64,000 nucleotides of DNA, taken from positions 12,028,001 through 12,092,000 of the forward strand of contig JBHGNT010000015.1 of NCBI GenBank assembly GCA_043228905.1, read 5' to 3'. A program made the translations under genes and the position numbers. This DNA comes from Azolla caroliniana. Taxonomy: Eukaryota; Plantae; Polypodiophyta. The notes beneath the pieces were generated by a model, which did no database searches, was not told the DNA's origin, and saw only the letters and a list, made by a program, of their open reading frames with translations. Of the stretch, positions 58,601-64,000 are shown in pieces (positions within the stretch are counted from its first letter, which is position 1; each line of letters starts with the position of its first letter).

Positions 58601-61018
58601 TTTGCCGTACTGGCAATGCTCGCAAAATTGGTGATCTGAGAAGGAGAGCTTGGGGATGTAACCGGCTCTGGATAGGTGTGTTATGCCGGCCTTGCTGAGG
58701 TGTCCAAGTCGTCCGTGCCATAACGATGACACGGGGATATCAACCAAAAATAAGTCACCCTCTTTGAGTGTGACATATAAAGGGTACAAAGAGTGTACCT
58801 TTGGTCCTTGAGCAAGTAGGAGGTTCCCTTTGTGGAGTGTCTACCCTCTTGATGAGAACCCGGCACGAATCCCTGCTTCGTCAAGTTGTCCAACTAAGAT
58901 CAAGGGTCTTGAAAGCTCAGGAACGTGTCGGACGTTGTGTAGTACGAGTGTAGAGCCACCCGAAAGGTTGAGCTCTACAATGCCGATTCCGATTATGGCA
59001 CAGTGTTGCGAGTTCCCAACTCGAACTGAGTCGGAGTGCCGGTCCGAGTATTGCTGAAACTGAGATCGATGAGGTGTCACATGATACGATGTGCCCGAGT
59101 CCAGGAGCCATGTGCTCGATTCCTTAGTCGTAAGCAAAACTTCTGATTCGACTGGGTTCTCTATGGACAGTATGTTCAGGTCGATCGTCAAAATTTCGGT
59201 TGAAGAGCCGACGTAGGTGACCTCCTCATGCCGACTACTCTTCTAATTTGCTCTCTAAGCTTTGTCGGTTTTTTCTTTGAGTGCCCCGGCAATCGGCTTT
59301 GATGTGTCCTGATTTCTTGTAGTAGTTGCAAATTTGGTTGTCCTAGGACTTGCTCCGGCTTCGCTGATTGTTCGGCGGTCGGGAAGAACTTCTTCCCCGG
59401 TTGTTCGATCAGTTGGTCGAACCTTGTACTACGTAAGCTTCATCTGCCGGGTCTTTGGCAAAAGACTTTCTCCGAGTTGCTTCACTCAGGATTGCGCTCG
59501 TGACTTCGGAGTACTTAATGACAGTCGTTGAAGCATTGCACACGGTTGTAACAAAAGTTTCCCATGAAGAGGGGAGGCTACTCAAGAGTATCATTGCTCT
59601 AAGTTCATCCTCGATTGTCGTCCCCTGAGATGAGATTTGGGAGCTTATGCTTTCGTACTCGTTGAGGTGTGCCTGAACCGAATCAGATTCTTTCATCCAC
59701 AAGTTGTAGAGGCGCGGATCAGATACATCTTCGTTGCGGCGACCTTCTTTTCATAAGTTTCCGACAGTGTTTTCCAAAGTTCAAATGTTGTCGTGCATGA
59801 TTGCACTGTGAAGTACACTGACTCCGACAAGTGCATCCGAATCGTGGTGCGGACGATTTTGTCCAGCTTTAGCCACTTGTTTGCCTCATTTGCTTCTGGA
59901 GGATTTTCATTCTCAATCGGGTCTATTTGACCCTTAACTATGAGATAGTCCTGCATTTGTTCCTTCCAGAAGTTGAAGTTCGAACCATCGAACCTCCTTA
60001 GACTCATCTCCGATGAGCCGGATGTTGATGCCATCTGCTTCGGTTTCGGATGGTAAGACTCGGTTTGGAGTTGACTACGAGCCTTAGTGGGGTGCAGCCG
60101 GTCGGCTCACCCGATATCATTCTAGTCGGTTTTGAACCCAAGTCAGTTTGGTTTTGGATACTTGTTGTTGAACTTGCTCGGATTAACTCCGGTAACTTGA
60201 GGGACAGAACCGGCTGGTCTTCCCAAATGTTGCCGAGTCGGAGTGAGCCCGGTTAGCTTCCGATTGTATGCCGAATACCGATTACACGAAACTGATTGTT
60301 TGGGCCGATTCTGCTTCGGATGACTGCAGTGATGAGAGGGACGAATCTAACTGATCCTCCCGAATTTCAATCAACCGAATGAAGCACGAATTTCGTTGTT
60401 GCCAAGAGACCAATCTACAGTGGGTGGTTACAACAAGCGGGTGAATAGCATCCGGTGACCTATTCGGATGTCGTTTAACCGAATGAAGCACGATTGGGTC
60501 GGGTGTTGCACAAGGAGCTCACCTCAAGTGGTTACAATCACAGGAACAGAGTACAACCAGCTAGCTTACTCCAATTAGTGATTTAACACAGTGAGACGCA
60601 AACTTCTTGTTTGTCTTCTCTCTTCTCTGTTCTTCAAGAAGTTACAAAAACAGAATGTTGTGGTGTTCGATGATGGCCGGCAGCTAGTTGAAGAACCTCC
60701 AACGCTCTGATACCAAATGTTGGGGACAAGGTCGTTAGTGCGGAAGGACAAACAACATTGTGATGTTGAAGGACCTGTGTATGAGAATGAGCAAGATACA
60801 GAGAGAGAGAGAGAGAGAGAGATAGGGACAAAGAAACACTATATTTCTTAACAGCAATAGTTACAAATGACAATCGACCTTAACTAAAGGTTACAAAGTC
60901 ACTTTATATAGTGACTATCTTAGGGCAACTGCCCTTTATGCTATTTACAGAAATAGCCCAATTTTGGGCTGTCCAAAAGGACAGTGTGAATACGGCCATT
61001 ATACACTCGTATTCGACA
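55506..61018 (-). mobile_element. Full-length decayed Ty1/copia element D
   Basis: LTRs 55506-55814 and 60718-61018. TSD CCTTT. PBS at 60704-60715. PPT next to 55815. Confidence 0.96.
56010..60034 (-). pseudogene. gag-pol: Copia D gag-pol with stops and frameshifts
   Basis: FDGSNFNFWKEQM gag, WLLDSG protease, LVHSDVCGP integrase, RT and RH fragments. Confidence 0.93.
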
Positions 61019-61084
61019 CCTTTCACATAACCCCCTTGGGAGGGGGCTGGAGTCATTCTTGGCTTCACCCCCCACCCAATAACA

Positions 61085-63979
61085 AGTACCTCTCCGTGGG
61101 CTGCAATAGTCTTCCGGATCTTTGAGGTATGACTAGACTAGTCACATCGGGTATCGGGGTCGGATAGTCCAAAACCGAATCGTTCGGTTGTGCCAAATTG
61201 GGTGCTGCCGAGTCGGTGCTAGCTACCTATGAAGCTGACCTCACGTTGTGCGCTAAGCCTTCATGAAGGGTTGGCATGTCTGAGAAGATTACTCTTCAAA
61301 CTTCAATTGGGCTTTCGACTGTCTTGTGCATAGCCAACCCATTGAACACTTCGTCTGAACTTCCAATGATTTGTCTGTGCTCAGGGTCCTAGAGTTGGTA
61401 TCTGATTTCACCATCTGGTCCATAGCCAAGGAACATACATTTCCTGGACCTTGGTTCAAGTTTGCATTGGTGATCCTTTGGTATGAGGGCGTATGCCTCG
61501 CATCCAGAAATAATCAGCTTGTCGTAATTCGGCTTCCTGTCGGTCCATAATTCTTGAGGTATTTGAAGTCCTAGAGGCCGACTTGGTGACATATTGATTC
61601 TGTGTACTACTGTAAGTAGGGCCTCCGCTCAAAAGCCATCCAATATAGTTCAAAGTGTTGGAGCATGGATATTATCCTTTCCTAAATTGTCTGATTCATC
61701 CGCTCAGCAATTCCATTCTTTTCCGGATATGTGGTGCCGTATATACACGTATGATACCGCGTTGTCAACAAAATCTGACAAATTCTTCAGACTTGAACTC
61801 TCCTCCATTGTCATTTCGAAGGCATTTCAACTTTCGACCAAACTAGTTCTCTACCATAGCGAGCCATTCAGAAAAGATTGGAACACCTGAACTTTAGTCT
61901 TCATCAGATAAGCCCACACCTTTCGTGTCGATTCATCAATAAAACTTACGAAGTACAAGGCACCGCTGAGAGACTAATGTGGCATAGGGCCACAGATGTC
62001 TGAATGGACCAAATCGAGTGGACTTGATTCTCGCGATACTGTTTTTGGGTGTGATGCGGCTATCTGTTTGCCGTACTGGCAATGCTTGCAGAAATAAGGA
62101 TTGGAGAAGGAGAGTTTGGGGATGTATCCGGCTCTAGATAAATGGATAATATCGGCCTTGCTGAGGTGTCTGAGATGTATGCCATAGTGATGACACGGGA
62201 ATATAAACCAGGAACAAGTCAACTTCTTTGAGTGTGACATATAGTGGGTACAGTGAATGTACTTTCATACCTCGAGCAAGCAGGAGGTTCCCCCTTGTGA
62301 AGTGTCCATCCTCTTAATGAGAAGCCAACACATATGCCGTCTTCATCCAATTGTCCGACTGAGATCAGAGGTCTTGAGAGCTCAAGTGCGTGTCAAACAT
62401 TGTGTAGTACAAGTGGAGAACCTCTTGGGAGGTTGAGTTCTACAGTGCCAATTCCAATGATAGCACAATGTTGCGAATTTCCGACTCGAACTGAGTCGGA
62501 GTGTCGGGCTGAATATTGCTGAAACTAGGATCTGTGAGGGGTCACATGGTAGAACGCACCTGAATCCAAGAGCCATGTGCTTGATTCCTCAGTCATAAGT
62601 AGAACTTCTAATTCGACTGGGTTTTCAATGGATAGTATGTTCGCATCGGTTGACAATACTTTGGCTGAGGAGCGGATGTAATTTACTTCCTCATGCCAAC
62701 CACTCTTCATGGTAGAACACACCCGAATCCAAGAGCCATGTGCTCGATTCCTCAGTTATAAGTAGAACTTCTAATTCGACTGGGTTTTCAATGGATAGTA
62801 TGTTCACATCGGTTGACAATACTTTGGCTGAGTGTTAGCTTGATTCCTTCTGGAGGGTTTTCGTTCTTGATCGGGTCTATCTGACCCTTGACTATTAGGT
62901 AGTCTTCCATCTGTTCCTTCCAAAAGTTGAAGTTCAATCCATCGAACTTCCTTAGACTCATCTCTGATGAGTTGGATGTTGATGATTCGGAGTTTGTTCA
63001 AAGTCAATTACGAATGGAGGTGAGATGCAGCCAGATTTGAACACAAGTCGAATCAAATTCGACTAATGAAACAATTGGGTGCTAAACTTGTTCAGAGTGG
63101 CTACGATGAGTAGAGGGACAAAACCGACTGATCGTCCCGAATATCACCTAGTTGGATTGAGCACAATTAATTGCCAATTTGAGTCCTTCTAGAGGGTTTT
63201 CAAAATACCAAGCACAGTTTATGTGCCAATTATCCAGGCTGATCCCGCTTTAGGTGACTACGACAATAAGAGGGACAGATCCAACTAGCCTTCCCGAATG
63301 TTGTCTGACCGAATGAAGTGCAGAAGGGGGTTGTTCTTGGGGTAGGATCTGCTTTGAGGGATCACGACAAGAAAGTAGAAAGTGCCTAACCTGGTAAAGC
63401 ACGATCGAGGCCGACTTGATGGAGATTCCACTCCTAGTGGCTCTAATCATAGAAGCAAGGTACAACTAACTGGCTTACATTAAGAGTGATCTAGCGAAGC
63501 AGAGTACGAATCTTCAGTTTTCTTTCTCTTGAACGCAGGATCTTTAGGAAGACATGGGCCAACGAGTTGTTGAAAGCAGATGACGTCCAACATCAAGTTA
63601 AAGAACCTTGAGCTTTGATACCAGATGTTGTAGTCTGAGACCGTCAGAGCAAAAACATAAACAACTCCTTGATACAAAGATAACCTAGTTTGCAAGTTAA
63701 GATATAGCAAGTTCAGAGAAACAACATGAGAGAGAGAGAGAACAAAGATAGATAGAAAGAGAGCCACAAAAGATGCAACTTTGTTATTCAAGCTCTAAGT
63801 TACAAACGAATGGCGGCAACAACCACAAAGATGAACAACCACCACAAACTAGGTTACAAAACCCATTATATACTAACTGGCCTAGGGCAACTGCCCTTCG
63901 ACATATTTATAGAATTGTCCTAAATCTTGTTTGTCCAAGATACAATGTGAATACGGCAATTATAGACCAGTATTCGACA
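61085..63979 (-). mobile_element. Copia E (D family): 5' LTR 63626-63979, PBS, deleted gag, PR-INT; 3' half missing
   Basis: Degenerate PBS at 63612-63623. Colinear with D from protease to integrase. LTR ends tattcgaca like D. Confidence 0.88.
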
Positions 63980-64000
63980 TCCTCGAAGTAGCAAGGACCA

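Noticed and set aside
55398-61084. Small TG..CA LTR-like piece split by copia D
   Set aside because: The flanks (CATGA/AGTAC) are not a TSD and there is no second copy, so the boundaries are unsupported.

Overview
This window is an LTR-retrotransposon nest from a plant genome. A seed-free land plant such as a fern is suggested by the element lineages and (AG)n tracts, but this is inference. No host gene was found. Target-site duplications (TSDs) let most of the nesting be reconstructed. A degenerate minus-strand copia (H, ~1478-55350) is interrupted by three insertions: (i) gypsy G1 (2333-18474, TSD CCATG), which carries a solo LTR and the full copia A (12603-18042); (ii) copia C (19361-51356, TSD GTACT), which contains the young gypsy G2 (19781-29629), a Sola2-like DNA transposon holding the intact copia B (35482-40844), the frameshifting gypsy G3 and a G1/G2-family fragment G4; (iii) a 1.25-kb solo LTR. 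Further copia elements flank the nest (Z at left, D and E at right). The most notable observations are: an antisense tRNA-type Pol III promoter plus an RY-motif cluster inside gypsy LTRs; a -1 frameshift site with a pseudoknot after gag-protease in G3; a ~900-aa extra ORF and no polypurine tract in G1/G2; and a Sola2-like transposase whose intron is filled with a palindromic TAGCTAATTAGCTA array.
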